Shown here: piece by piece, positions 24,276-35,931 of the stretch
Numbering within the stretch: the first letter of the stretch is position 1
Layout: each line of letters opens with the position of its first letter
Assembly (NCBI GenBank): GCA_032718475.1
Contig: JAUCBJ010001747.1
Location: 1 to 55,448 of the forward strand
DNA: 55,448 nt
Source: Nemertoderma westbladi
Lineage: Eukaryota > Animalia > Xenacoelomorpha
Direction of reading: 5' to 3'
Notes under the pieces: model-generated
What the model saw: only the letters and a program-made list of their open reading frames with translations
What the model was told of the DNA's origin: nothing
Databases searched by the model: none
Position numbers and translations under genes: made by a program

Positions 24276-27200
24276 ATGCCTGGAAATGATATAAAGTCAC
24301 GGCAGAAGAATTCTACATTGGTAGGATTAAGTATAACTGCCGCCTGTCCAGACTCTGAAGGTTAGTTGCAGTTTTGTACCGGAAGTAACAGTTACTGAAT
24401 TGTGTGCTAAAGTGCTACTGGTCGGAGGACACATTTTTCAAACCGCTTCAGCTAAAGATTGATAGCGAAAATAAAAAATCCGACTCACCCAAAATACTAC
24501 TTTTACCGATACGTAAGTAACCCTTCAACCCGTCGGCATATAAGTTTAATAAATCCGACCTCCACGAGTCTGAGTCAAACACTACAGTAGTTTCATCTTC
24601 GATAATTAATTATCACTTACTGCACAACTAAAATATTTCCATTATAATATTATAAACAGCTGATTGCTCACTGACACCACCTTAGTCATAAATTCCCAAC
24701 TCGTCCTCCCAATGGTTTATTTAGATTTTAGCACCTCTATACCTAGACCTATAATGTAATCTGTATTTCAGTTTATACAACAACAAGCCGTAAAGACTTC
24801 AAAGTGAAGGAAAAGTCACCCAATGGACCAATAGGAAAAGCCCAATTACCTTTTCTATCCCAGAAAGCCATTAGATTATTCTCCGACCCTTTGGAAAACT
24901 ATACGGAGATCAAGTAACGCTGATTAATTTAAAGCATATATTATATTTTTTACGTGGTGGGACGTAGCTGGTAGGATCGCGTTCTAAGATAGTATAGTAG
25001 TAAGAGTCTGTTTTTGAGTCAATGGAGCAAAATACCGCAAACACAAAATCAATTTTAGTGGGTTTGAAAAATTGATTTAATTTAATTAAAAACAATAAGG
25101 GAAAGGAGCAGGTTACAGTGGCGCGGAGTTTTCTATTCAAAACAATAAACTATACATGGTGTCACTTGCCATGTCAAATTTGATGTCCTATTTTGGGAAC
25201 ATCTGATCATGTCCTATTTTCACTTGCGGTCAATGTGCGTGGTGCCACTATCTGCAGTTTTTTGAGAGATCACTTCTTTTAAATTACGGTCAATAGTTAG
25301 AAAACAAAAAAAGAAATAATGTAGGGACTACTTTAAATATAATATTTTAAAAAAAAGAGATTTAGAGAAAAAATAAAAAATTATTGACTGTAAAAAAATG
25401 ACGTACATAAAAAATATGTAAATGTAAAAATATATAGTTTAATATATTTAATTAAAGCACTACAGTTCAGGATATGTTAAATTCTCTACTGACTTCCACC
25501 TGCAGTACAAATTGACTATTTGACAATAATTTAATCAATACAACAGATTGACAAACTCCATAAACGACCGCGTTAGTAAAGAAATGAAGGTGGGTAACTT
25601 GGAGAAAGGTGTGACGTTCAATGCATTAATCGATGACGTCAGAGAACGGCGAGTTAACGGATGCGATCTCAGGGAAGACCGCGTAATCTGGGAGTCTGTG
25701 TATACAGCTGGAAACCGGGACGTTGGGACAAAACAGATGGTCTGTATCAGAGATCACAATGTAAGTTAGTCTGGGAGTCTGTGTATACAGCTGGGAACCG
25801 TGAGGTAGGGACAAAGCAGATGGTCTGTATTACAGATCACAATGTAAGTTAGTCTGTGTATACAGCTGAGAACTGGGATGTTGGGACGAAGCAGATGGTC
25901 TGTATCCGAGATCACAATGTAAGTTAGTCTGGGAGTCTGTGTATACAGCTGGGAACCGTAACGTTGGGACAAAGCAGATGGTCTGTATCCGAGATCACAA
26001 ATGTAAGTTAGTCTGGGAGTCTGTGTATACAGCTGGGAACCGTGAGGTAGGGACAAAGCAGATGGTCTGTATCCAAGATCACAATGTAAGTTAGTCTGGG
26101 AGTCTGTGTATACAACTAGGAACCGTGAGGTAGGGACAAAGCAGATGGTCTGTATCCAAGATCACAATGTAAGTTAGTCTGGGAGTCTGTGTATACAACT
26201 GGGAACCGTGAGGTTGGGACAAAGCAGATGGTCTGTATCCGAGATCACAATGTAAGTTAGTCTGGGAGTCTGTGTATACAGCTGGGAACCGTGAGGTAGG
26301 GAAAAAGAAGATGGTCTGTATCAGAGATCACAATGTAAGTTAGTCGGGGAGTCTATATATACAGCTGGGAACCGGGGGGTAGGGAAAAAGCAGATGGTCT
26401 GTATCCGAGATCACAATGTTACGAAGAATACTGGAATACTGGCTCCCAATAACACGTCGGTATTTACATTGCAGAAAACAGCCAAACAAACAGACGATAA
26501 ATACGTTATAGAACAGGTGGGTAACCTAGAGCAACGGAAACACTGTAGACAGGATGTGCCGAGTAACTGGGATGTTAATCAAATACGACCCATCGTTGGT
26601 AGAGAATGCAAGTACCTTGATGATGTCAATGTTAAAGAATGCAGAGAGGATCAGTTAAAGCTGCGTCCACCATACCAGAAGGTAAACCAGTAAATATTTT
26701 GAATTAAATTTCGAGTCAATGCGTAACGAGCCACAGTGGAAAGTGTACTTTTACACGGGGGTGAGACCTGGACACTGACGAAATCACTTGAACAACGAAT
26801 TGATGGTTGCTACACAAGACTACTAAGGGCAGTCCTAAACATCAGCTGGAGACAACACACGACAAACACCGAGCTTTATGGTACACACCACCTGTACCAA
26901 CCACAAATTAAGATCCAGCGGGCAGTGCTGGAGAAATAAAGACGAGAGCATACCAGAAACATTTCTGGTAAAGTGGCAACCAACACAAGGAAAGCCGTAG
27001 CCGTGGACGACCGGCTATGTAATAATAGAGGAGATCAGCTGGAAAGGGATACTGGGCTTCGGAGAAACGGATTGAGAATCGGGAAGCCTGGAAGGATCAC
27101 ATTTCCACTGTCCGAGTTCCCTCGACCTAGTAGTAGTAGTTGGAGAATCGGGAAGCCTGGAAGGATCTCATTTCCACTGTCCGAGTTCGCTCGACCTAGT

Positions 27201-27803
27201 ACCGGTAGTTGGAGAATCGGGAAGCCTGGAAGGATCTCATTTCCACTGTCCGAGTTCGCTCGACCTAGTACCGGTAGTTGGAGAATCGGGAAGCCTGGAA
27301 GGATCTCATTTCCACTATCCGAGCTCGCTCGACCTAATAGTAGAATAATTACATAAGCGCTTTAGTGGTGACATTCATGAGCTTCCAATCGAGAGGCAAT
27401 ATATATATAGACATATATTCAATATATAGACAACAGCGTATCCTATTTGGGCTGAGTGCAATAAATGAAAAGCCTGGGTGGGCGTTCATCCTCGAATGGT
27501 CGAAAGTAGTCGAAAAATGGGATTTTATTTGGTTACTTTCTGAAACAGAGTGGAAGAGATGGTGGTGAACAGTAATTCCCTCTCAGTATGAGCCTAAAAT
27601 ATTACCCCAACCCCATCCATTATTAACATATTAATAAATTGATGGGGTAATATTTTCTGGAATTATATAACACATGGTTTTGTTGACTCTCACAGGTTCC
27701 CCCACCAAGCATAATGACGTTACCGATGATGAAAGAAGTTCAGACGTTAAAGGAGTTGATTGAGATAGACAGATGTGTACACCCTGAGTTATATATCAAC
27801 TAG
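24276..27803 (+). CDS. Unidentified 5-exon protein-coding gene (251 aa)
   Basis: Exons 24276-24360, 24772-24913, 25547-25760, 26475-26681, 27696-27803; all GT-AG with matching phases (1,2,0,0), no internal stops, TAG at 27801 and AATAAA near 27904. MPGNDIKSRQ...VYTTTSRKDF...VGNLEK...CIRDHN/KTAKQ...RPPYQK/VPPPS...HPELYIN*. Confidence 0.7.
25687..26417 (+). repeat. 83-bp tandem array (9 copies) of exon end plus GTAAGT donor
   Basis: Unit tctgggagtctgtgtatacagctgggaaccgtgaggtagggacaaagcagatggtctgtatccgagatcacaat|gtaagttag; the first copy is the coding exon end. Confidence 0.93.
26725..27140 (+). mobile_element. RTE-like LINE 3' fragment (degenerate) in an intron
   Basis: RATVESVLLHGGETWTLTKSLEQRIDGCYTRLLRAVLNISW...ELYG, a C-terminal ENREAWK motif and a (TAG)n tail at ~27128-27140. 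Confidence 0.85.
27074..27342 (+). repeat. 69-bp tandem repeat (~4 copies) of the LINE 3' end
   Basis: gagaatcgggaagcctggaaggatctcatttccactgtccgagttcgctcgacctagt...gtt at 27074, 27143, 27212, 27281. Confidence 0.9.
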
Positions 27804-29566
27804 TCCAAAGTCATTTTAAATTTATATATTATTCAATCCTTGGACGCAAACTCACATAATGTGAAAGATAATTTAAATGTTTTTTTTGTTATATTTTTGT
27901 ATTAATAAATCGTGAATGTAGTGTAGAGATATGGGTATTTTTACATTCCTAAATAAATAAGAATAACTCAACACGATGAAGGTGCGTCTTGCACGTAAGT
28001 TCACAGCTCATGTTAAAATACAACTTTGCTGGTACGAATATTTATTGGCACCAATAAATTAGACCCGACAATAAAGGGAAATATTATGAAATAAATGTCA
28101 TATACCAGGAAGAAAATATACCAAAAGTAGAAACAATAAAGTAAACAGGTTGACAAAACGTTTATTATTTAACCAAAATAACCCGTCACCCTCACTTTAA
28201 TTATAATCAACCATTTAAATCTATTTATATATTCCACTGAATATCCAAAATTACCGAATATATTAAAGATAACTGCAACCTCCATACTCTCAATGTTTAG
28301 AATATTAGTACCTTCGGATTTGAAATAGTAAGAGTAAGTAGGTTAGTAGGGTAACGTAGAGTAAGTTAAGTTGTACATTGGGAATATAAATTGAGTCAAA
28401 AAAATTATTACATAATAAATATAAACTGAATAAATTTATAAATATATATATATTCCAAACATACATAATTTATTACACTTACACTACACACTACACATGC
28501 TAAACATATTATTACATCCGTGAATAATTTACTCACTCTACCGGTTTAAGTGCATTTTGACAATTATCGGTTTATTTGTGAAAAAATATCGCAAATACAG
28601 AGCTATTATTGGTACCGATGGAAATGTGACGTTGGATGTGACAGAAATTTTTTGAGGAAAATCCCAACTTAAGTTTGGCCACCTTTAGTGATTTTGACCC
28701 ACAATATAATAAATTATAATTATTTTAACTGTGATATAATGATAAAGGTACATATTATTATTAATAACAACCAATAATAACTGATGTGTCCCAAAAACTA
28801 TTTAGATTATTAATATATTATACCGATACAATTTGTATTGCCTGTCGCACATGAAACACGACTGATGTAAATTTATATTTCTACACTTTAACTCTAGAAA
28901 TTAGAAAAAAATCTAATTTTAATAAACTGGACTCTTGACTTTATTTTTAAGTCTTTTCAATTATTTATTTGAGTATTTTAAGAGGTCTATTTTGGGAGGA
29001 GGTCATCTTGGGCCTTAAAAACAGTCTATGACCGACAATTGGTTGTTTCTCGGTGCTAATTATGCAGTTTCCCCCGGAACTGGAGCGATTCTTTTATGAC
29101 ATAACTGGATGCGTTGCAGAACAATTCGCAAAAAACATAAATATTGCTATTTGTTCTATGTCCACCCCGTTACCTAGACTACCACTTTAAACAACCTAAC
29201 TTTAACGCGACTTTGAACAAATTATTATAGAATTAATTATAGATTTCCCAAAACTACATAAATAGGCCTACGTAAAAAACTGAACGATAATTAAACGATG
29301 AATAATCAATTAAACTATAAGTTAAAGTATCATTGAACAAAATGTGTCTATCGCCATTCCGAACAAAAGTAAGTTTAAATATTACAATATAAGAGGCCGA
29401 CTGAATGATATATTCAAAAATAATATTAGAAGAGCACAGAATTAGCAACACCACCCCAAAAAATAAAGCTCAGTGGCGGGAAGGATATAAAGTACAGGTA
29501 TATAAACCTCCCGGTATACAATAAACATAAGAATCGAATAAACTACAACGGCTAAACCAAACAACG

Positions 29567-31120
29567 TTAATTCTCGTAAGTAAAATTCTCCACCCGCAAA
29601 GAAGTTTCAGTTGAGAATTTAATGGGGTCGCCGTTTTTGTTGCGAACTGAGTCGACGACGACGCCGCAGTAACTCTGTCTCCCGGAGAAACTAACAGAGA
29701 CCGGGAAGAAACCCGCCTCGTCGGAGCAGTGCGGGACGGTGAACTCCAGGTTCCCCGAGGGTTCCTCGCGGTTCACCAACGGGGCGGTCCATCGGAGCTG
29801 CTTACGGGAGACGTCCACCTCGGAACCCTGCAGAACGGTGGGCCGTTCCGCGCCGACGGGGAGCGGGATCGCGATGGACAGATCGAGGAGCTCGGAGGCG
29901 GGCGAGTTGAGTTGGAAGTCGGCGGATACGGTGACGTTGCGGCCCTCCAACTGGGGCCACACGGTCACCGCGAGCGGGAGAGCGGACTCCTCGGTGCCGG
30001 AGTAATGCCATCGCAACACCCCGATGTCGACGCCAACGGGGAAGCTACGCGCGGGGTTCTTGTGTCGCAGTTGGGAACGCGAGGAGAATTCGGTTTTATC
30101 GATGTTCGGATGGGATTGGAACGAAGGCTCGGGGGCGCCAGGCGCCGCCCCGGGACGCAGAGCAACGATACAGTCCGAGTATTCCTCCTGCGAGATTCGG
30201 ATAGTGAGATTCCCGAGGACGTCCATGGAGATAAAGCCGCTGTCCCGACTAACTTTCGCGTTGAGTTTCTCCTCTATCACTACCTGGACGCCCTCTAGCG
30301 GCGGTGGAGGCGGAGCCCCGGTAGAGCGCGACGTATCGCCCACCTTCCTCGAGGGCGAGCCGCCCACCTCCTGCCCTTCTGTGCGGAGTTTATCCACAAA
30401 GGAATCCACGTCCTTCACGCCGCCCCTCGCCCCCAACTTCATTGCCTTCCCGCCGCCGCCTCCGGGGCGCACCGTGGTCGTTGTCACCGGGGGAGCGGTC
30501 ACCTTCACCGGCTCCGAGTAGCTATCCACTGCCTTCCCCCCGCCCCCCGATATCCCCCCACTGAACTCAATCCCCCTCGCCCCTCCCCGCCCCAACTTCT
30601 CCGCCTCTCTCCTCAACTGCGTTAATTCCCTCGCTTTTTTCTTCATCTCTAGCTTAGCCTCCCGTTCCTGTTCCTCCCTCACTGCCCGGAAGACTTTCTC
30701 CTCTTGTGAATCCATCTCCGTAAAGGTCCGTATCTGCGCAAGATTCACATTCTCCCGGTATCCTAAAGCTACAATCTCGTCGAAAGCAGCGATCAAATCG
30801 AAGGAATACTCAAGGATTTCCGCTTCCTCCAGGACTTTACAGTATTCCGGAACAACTCGAACAAACAACCTCAATGTCTCGAGATCCTCAAGGATGTTAC
30901 TCGCCTTGGTGGTTATGAGAAGGATGTAGAGTTTATCGAGGGGTTGGTAAACGTATCGAACGGATTCCGTCTCTATAAACGTGTGCTGCTTCCCACTGCT
31001 CATTAGCTTAGGGAAGGCGGACAGTAAACCTTCAATCCGAGATCGAGTCATCTCGACAAACTGCCGAGACAACAAAGTCTTTCCTCCTTTAGTGCAAATA
31101 GCGGCCGCCAAAAGAACCAT
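29567..31120 (-). CDS. ARCN1: Coatomer subunit delta (delta-COP/archain), intronless CDS, 517 aa
   Basis: MVLLAAAICTKGGK.LLSRQFVEMTRSRIEGLL.AFPKL...HTFIETESVRYVYQP...SNILEDLETLRLF (longin domain), FDEIVALGYRE..., and a C-terminal mu-homology domain (QSHPNIDK, FPVG..IGVLRW, FFPVSVSF). ATG at 31118-31120. Confidence 0.97.
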   Translation of the reverse strand: MVLLAAAICTKGGKTLLSRQFVEMTRSRIEGLLSAFPKLMSSGKQHTFIETESVRYVYQPLDKLYILLITTKASNILEDLETLRLFVRVVPEYCKVLEEAEILEYSFDLIAAFDEIVALGYRENVNLAQIRTFTEMDSQEEKVFRAVREEQEREAKLEMKKKARELTQLRREAEKLGRGGARGIEFSGGISGGGGKAVDSYSEPVKVTAPPVTTTTVRPGGGGGKAMKLGARGGVKDVDSFVDKLRTEGQEVGGSPSRKVGDTSRSTGAPPPPPLEGVQVVIEEKLNAKVSRDSGFISMDVLGNLTIRISQEEYSDCIVALRPGAAPGAPEPSFQSHPNIDKTEFSSRSQLRHKNPARSFPVGVDIGVLRWHYSGTEESALPLAVTVWPQLEGRNVTVSADFQLNSPASELLDLSIAIPLPVGAERPTVLQGSEVDVSRKQLRWTAPLVNREEPSGNLEFTVPHCSDEAGFFPVSVSFSGRQSYCGVVVDSVRNKNGDPIKFSTETSLRVENFTYEN

Positions 31121-31727
31121 AATGAACTGGTAACTTTTATTACAGATGCACTGTAATATTATTGTATGCTGATAGAGTATAGTACAGTCAGTAGTAACAA
31201 GCAGCAATTTACAATTTTGTAAATTTTTTGGCCTCTACTCCTAATTTTCCTGGGCAGACAGGGCAGGTACTGAGGTACCACTTATTTTGGAGCGCCAGCT
31301 TTAGATTAATTACGGTAAGAACTGGGTCAGGATTATAAATTTGCAAAGTTCTAGATAGGTGAAACAAGCATATTTAATGTTGTGCAAAGATATGAGATCC
31401 TGCATTTTAAACATTTTAAAACAATTTGTTCACATGTTGAATTTTACTTTATTTGAACATTAAAGTCATTTAAAATCATTTTAAACCACTAAAGGGGTGA
31501 CTTGATACAAAAGTGCTCGTTTTAAAAAATTTGGCCCTGAAACAAACCACTAGATAGATAGGTTTGCTATACTGTGAATGCAATTGAATTTATGTATTTT
31601 GAGTTTTGTATTGAATTTTAAAAGAAAAAGAATAGGCCTAAGAGAGTATACATCACAAACTTTACATGCACTATTGCAATTGCACTATCTAAGATCAGAA
31701 GATAGGTACCGGTACCTACTGGTTTAG

Positions 31728-32159
31728 TTACATACAAGATATATTAATGGAAGGTCTTGGCAATGAGATGTTACCATATTTATATAACACCTCATTGCTT
31801 ATGTGTGCATCATATGCTATGTTGTGCACCCGGCGAAGCATCCTGGTGTATGTGCCATCCAAGGACCTGGTGTCTTCAGCAGTTAGAGCCCAGCATGGGC
31901 TGCCATAGAGCAGCACAGGCTCCACTGCTGCACGGAAAAGGCGTACCTTTAAAGATCATGAGATGTCAGAGCTCTTCCAGATCCTGGATAGCTTGTGGAT
32001 GGCGGACCAGGCTTTCCCTTTGCGAATTCGGAGATCTTCAGCAGACCTCCGAACCCATGATCCAAGGTAGCAGAAGTCGTTCACAATTCACATGACTTAC
32101 CAGTCCATCCAGCGATTGAATGTTATCCCGATCAATTTTCTGCTGATCTGAATCCATGT
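31728..32159 (-). mobile_element. Degenerate RTE-like LINE fragment related to 20321-21042
   Basis: EPVLLYGSPCWALTAEDTRSLDGTYTRMLRRVH and DFCYLGSW on the minus strand; cut by the TTAA element at 32164. Confidence 0.85.
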
Positions 32160-32163
32160 TTAA

Positions 32164-34178
32164 CCCTTGTGTTCCCCTTCATTTCTCAAACATTTGATTC
32201 CTTTGAGGTCAATTTTGACCTCATGTAAATGAGAAGGCACTGCCTGACTGCGATTCAATATCCAGTGGTTACCTTTAAAATGATAGGCTACTGTACTGGC
32301 AGACTGGTTTAGGAATGTAAGTTGCCTACTTATATTCAGATATTAGACTGTAGTATTATCTTAGTTGTCTGTTTTTTGTCTGTCTGTCCATTGTCTGTTA
32401 TCAGAATTAGTAATGTAATGGTATGATACCAGTAAGTCATTGCGATTAAATATCAAGATTACCATATCAATACCAGAATACAGCAGTATAATGATATAGG
32501 TTTTAGTAAGTTTTATTATACTGTAGGTAAGGTAGATAGTATTATATCAAGTTGTCTGTCTGTTTGTCTGTCTGTCTCCTGTCTGCGTCTGTTAGTGCAA
32601 TTAGTAGGCAACTAAACCTCCCACAACTCAACAATGCACTCAGCTGCTCAGTGAAAATAATAAATCCTGGCCTCGATAAATAATGCAGTAATGAGGGTAT
32701 TATATTATTCCAGTATTCAGTTATATTGATATCCGTATCAAAATTCACAGTACCTGCTGACTGGAATTCAAGCACAGAAGAAAGGGACCTACTGAGTTTA
32801 GATTTGCAGACCACAGCGTGGTTTTGAGTAGCTGTGACCGTGACCGGTACTGGTACTTATCTAATTTACAATCTGATAATTCTATATAGGCTTCTGCTAG
32901 ACCACTCAGCCACTAGACCCAGGTTGGAATTCATGCATGAGCGCACAGGTACGCTTTGTTGTTTTGAAATCACCGCGCACCTGAAATTGGCTCGTCGCGC
33001 ACCTCATCATATGTCATAATCCAAACAAAATCGCGCAGCTCATGTCATGCATATCTCAAAAAATCGCACAGTTCATAAGAACAATTTTACATTCCTATTT
33101 TACAAGTTTGAGCGTTTTAAGCTTATCTTTACGTCTGTCTGTCTGTACGTTGAATCTAGGCTTACATAATAAATGTAATTTTTGCAACATCAAAATTGTT
33201 AATATTAAAAAATATTTTTTTAATCCACTACTACAGTACTATGGTGGCCCATCGGGCTCACTGCTTTTATAACAGAAAATATTATTTTAGATTACAAACA
33301 AAACATGTACCGGTAATTTCAAAAAAACGAATATTGAAATAGGTACCAGTCTGCCAATAATACTTTGTATAGGCCTACCTAACAATTAGGCTTAAACATA
33401 CAGTTGGCTTATAATTAAGTCATACTTATAATACATTGTTACTTTCTGACTTTACCTGTTTACTAACGTAACATCGGCATAGCATAGACCTAATAACAAT
33501 ACAACAATAGAGTAGGCTACTGTAGTTAAAATAAATAGACAAATTCAGCTCCGGTTGCCGGTATTACAGTATTATGGTGAAGTGATTTGACTGTTTGAAG
33601 AATTGGAAATGAGAAACTAATGCGAGCGCAGCGAGCGAAATTTTTTTGTGTATTTTCGTGATTTCAATTAATTTGTGGTGCGCATCAGAGGCAGAGCTGC
33701 GCGCTGAGGCGCAACGCGCACCTGTCTCACACCCGAACGCGCACCTGTCTCACCCAAACGCGCAACGCGCATCTGGTTTGCGGTCATTCGCGCAGGTACG
33801 CGTCCGAGTTTTGCAGCATGAAGTCCAACCTGGCACTAGACCAGTACCCAGGTACCATACATTCAGATTCAGTCATCAGTACAGAGAAGGCTAAAAGATA
33901 AGTAAATCTTTCGTTGATATTGAATGGTATAGGTACAAAACATGATGAGGTCAAATTTGACCTCAAAGACAATATGTGTATAAATTGTAAAATTGAATAG
34001 ACTCCAGACTCCCTTGCAAATTTTTACATTTTTGTTTTTCTAATTAAGATACCGTACACTATAAAATAATGAAAGTCACAAAATTTCGAGGTAAAATATC
34101 AATGTGTGATAAAATTATGTAAGTTTAAATCTCCGATGGGTCAAAAATGACCTCAAAGACTGAAAGAGAGCACAAGGG
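32164..34178. mobile_element. piggyBac-type non-autonomous element
   Basis: TTAA|CCCTTGTGTTC ... GAGCACAAGGG|TTAA, with subterminal inverted tttgaggtca..tttgacc / ggtcaaa..tgacctcaaa. Confidence 0.85.
32919..33833. mobile_element. TIR element with 8-bp TSD (hAT/P-like MITE) nested in the piggyBac-type element
   Basis: TIRs CCAGGTTGGAATTCATGC / GCATGAAGTCCAACCTGG; TSD CACTAGAC at 32911-32918 and 33834-33841. Confidence 0.85.
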
Positions 34179-35931
34179 TTAATCATGTTGACTCAGTGTT
34201 AAACAGGATTAACGCGATTGGTTGGTGGTTGCTGCTTAGTACATACAGGTAGTACTGTAGTAGCAGCTTTCTCCAACCACATCACATGTTTTATACAAAG
34301 TGGAATACGGTAATGTTAACTGGAAAAGCCACGATCTAAGCACCAGTGTCCAGTACACACTAGGCCTACTGAACAGGTGAAGGACCCAGTACAGCAGTAC
34401 CCCCCTGTCTGCCTGTTGAATGACTGATGACACGACACTGATGAACTAAGCAAAGTCTGAATGTTCAAGGTACCACGGGTACGGTACTGCAGTACTGGTA
34501 CCTTTCTGCCTTTATCACTGTATCCAGTACAAAGCGTACTATATACAAGGCCATGCCATCGAGTTAACTGGGGGCGGTGACTGGGGGCAAGATTTTTAAA
34601 AAAATCTTGACCCATAGTACCGACATTTTTATCGGGTTTGACTTTTGCGCGTAGGTGTAGGCTACGCGTAACCTACGCGCCACTACGCGTATCCGATAGA
34701 ATGCAGTTTATTTTTTATTTTTTGCGTAAGTAATTGAATTAACCAATGACTGAATGAATGACCAAGTAACCAATGAATGAATCCAACTAGCTGACTAGAG
34801 CCTTTATAAAAGAGAGGTCAATTTAAATAACATCAATATACAGATATATGAAGTTGTTTAGTATCATGGCTTCATGGGCACGAGCTACCGAGGCAATACA
34901 GGACCATAACGACATGCATGGAGTATAGCAAGAAGCATCGATATATGTATATAAAACAGAGTTGTACCTACCCATACCCCCATATTAATTACCCTGCAAC
35001 TGTACCTGCCGACCCGTACCACGCTAATATCAATCTTCTTCTTCTTTCTATCTTTCTAAATAATTGAGAATTTAACATTGAGCCGGGATATTAATTCGCC
35101 AAGATAGGATTTGCTTCTTGCCCCCCCCCCCCCCCCCCCCCGTCTCTATGGTATACTGTAATGATGAATAATCTCTGTAATTTTCCTTCAATTTGTTCGT
35201 ACGGAATGCAAGGTAGTGAGTGACTGACATTAGTACTACGATTACATATACATACATATAAATGTTGTGCAATAGGGTACGATCCGTGGAATGTGAAAAA
35301 AATTAATTACTGTATCTATTATAAAATTAAAATTCACCCATTAAAAAATAGAGATGAGTGGGATACGATACGGTTCAGGTTACTCGATTAAAGCAATGTA
35401 CACCAGCAAGTTATGCAGATAAGGGGGAACCTATTGAGGCCATCTGACATACAAAATGCAATTACAGTACAATAATAAAGAGTGACTAACTAAAATAGTT
35501 AGAACAATACCTTACAATGCGGGGATATCATACTAGAGGCGCCACTTTTTCACGATTCTTGTGGGCCTCGCAGGTTACAAGAGTGGCGGCCCAAACCCTA
35601 ATTAAAACAGTAATTGAGCCATAACCCTAAGTCATGAGGCTCTACTGTAATCTAATAAATTTTGTGGAATTTCTGACTTTTTGCTCACAAATTTGGTGCG
35701 TCGTTCTGAAAATTAAATTAGCAAAACCACGAACGGGGGGGGGGGGCTGAACGCAAATCCCATCTCTGCGAATTGATATTCCGCTTCAATTAAATTCTAA
35801 ATTTAGGGAAAGGAGTAGGTTATAGTGGCACGTTATTTTAACCAAAACAATAAACTAAAGTCAATAGAACTGTTTTATGGAATAATCAGCTATTATTTGC
35901 GTCGAATTTCCCCCGGAGAGGGATGAACCTT

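Noticed and set aside
25761-26393. De novo intron ending at aaagcAG 26393, i.e. intron gain by duplication within one exon
   Set aside because: That acceptor is purine-rich; the pyrimidine-rich in-phase acceptor at 26474 is a better fit. RNA data could revive the idea.
5303-26417. Tandem arrays as CRISPR arrays
   Set aside because: Head-to-tail units with no unique spacers, no cas genes and a eukaryotic context.
29729-30521. Plus-strand ORFs overlapping delta-COP
   Set aside because: Antisense shadows of a GC-rich CDS.
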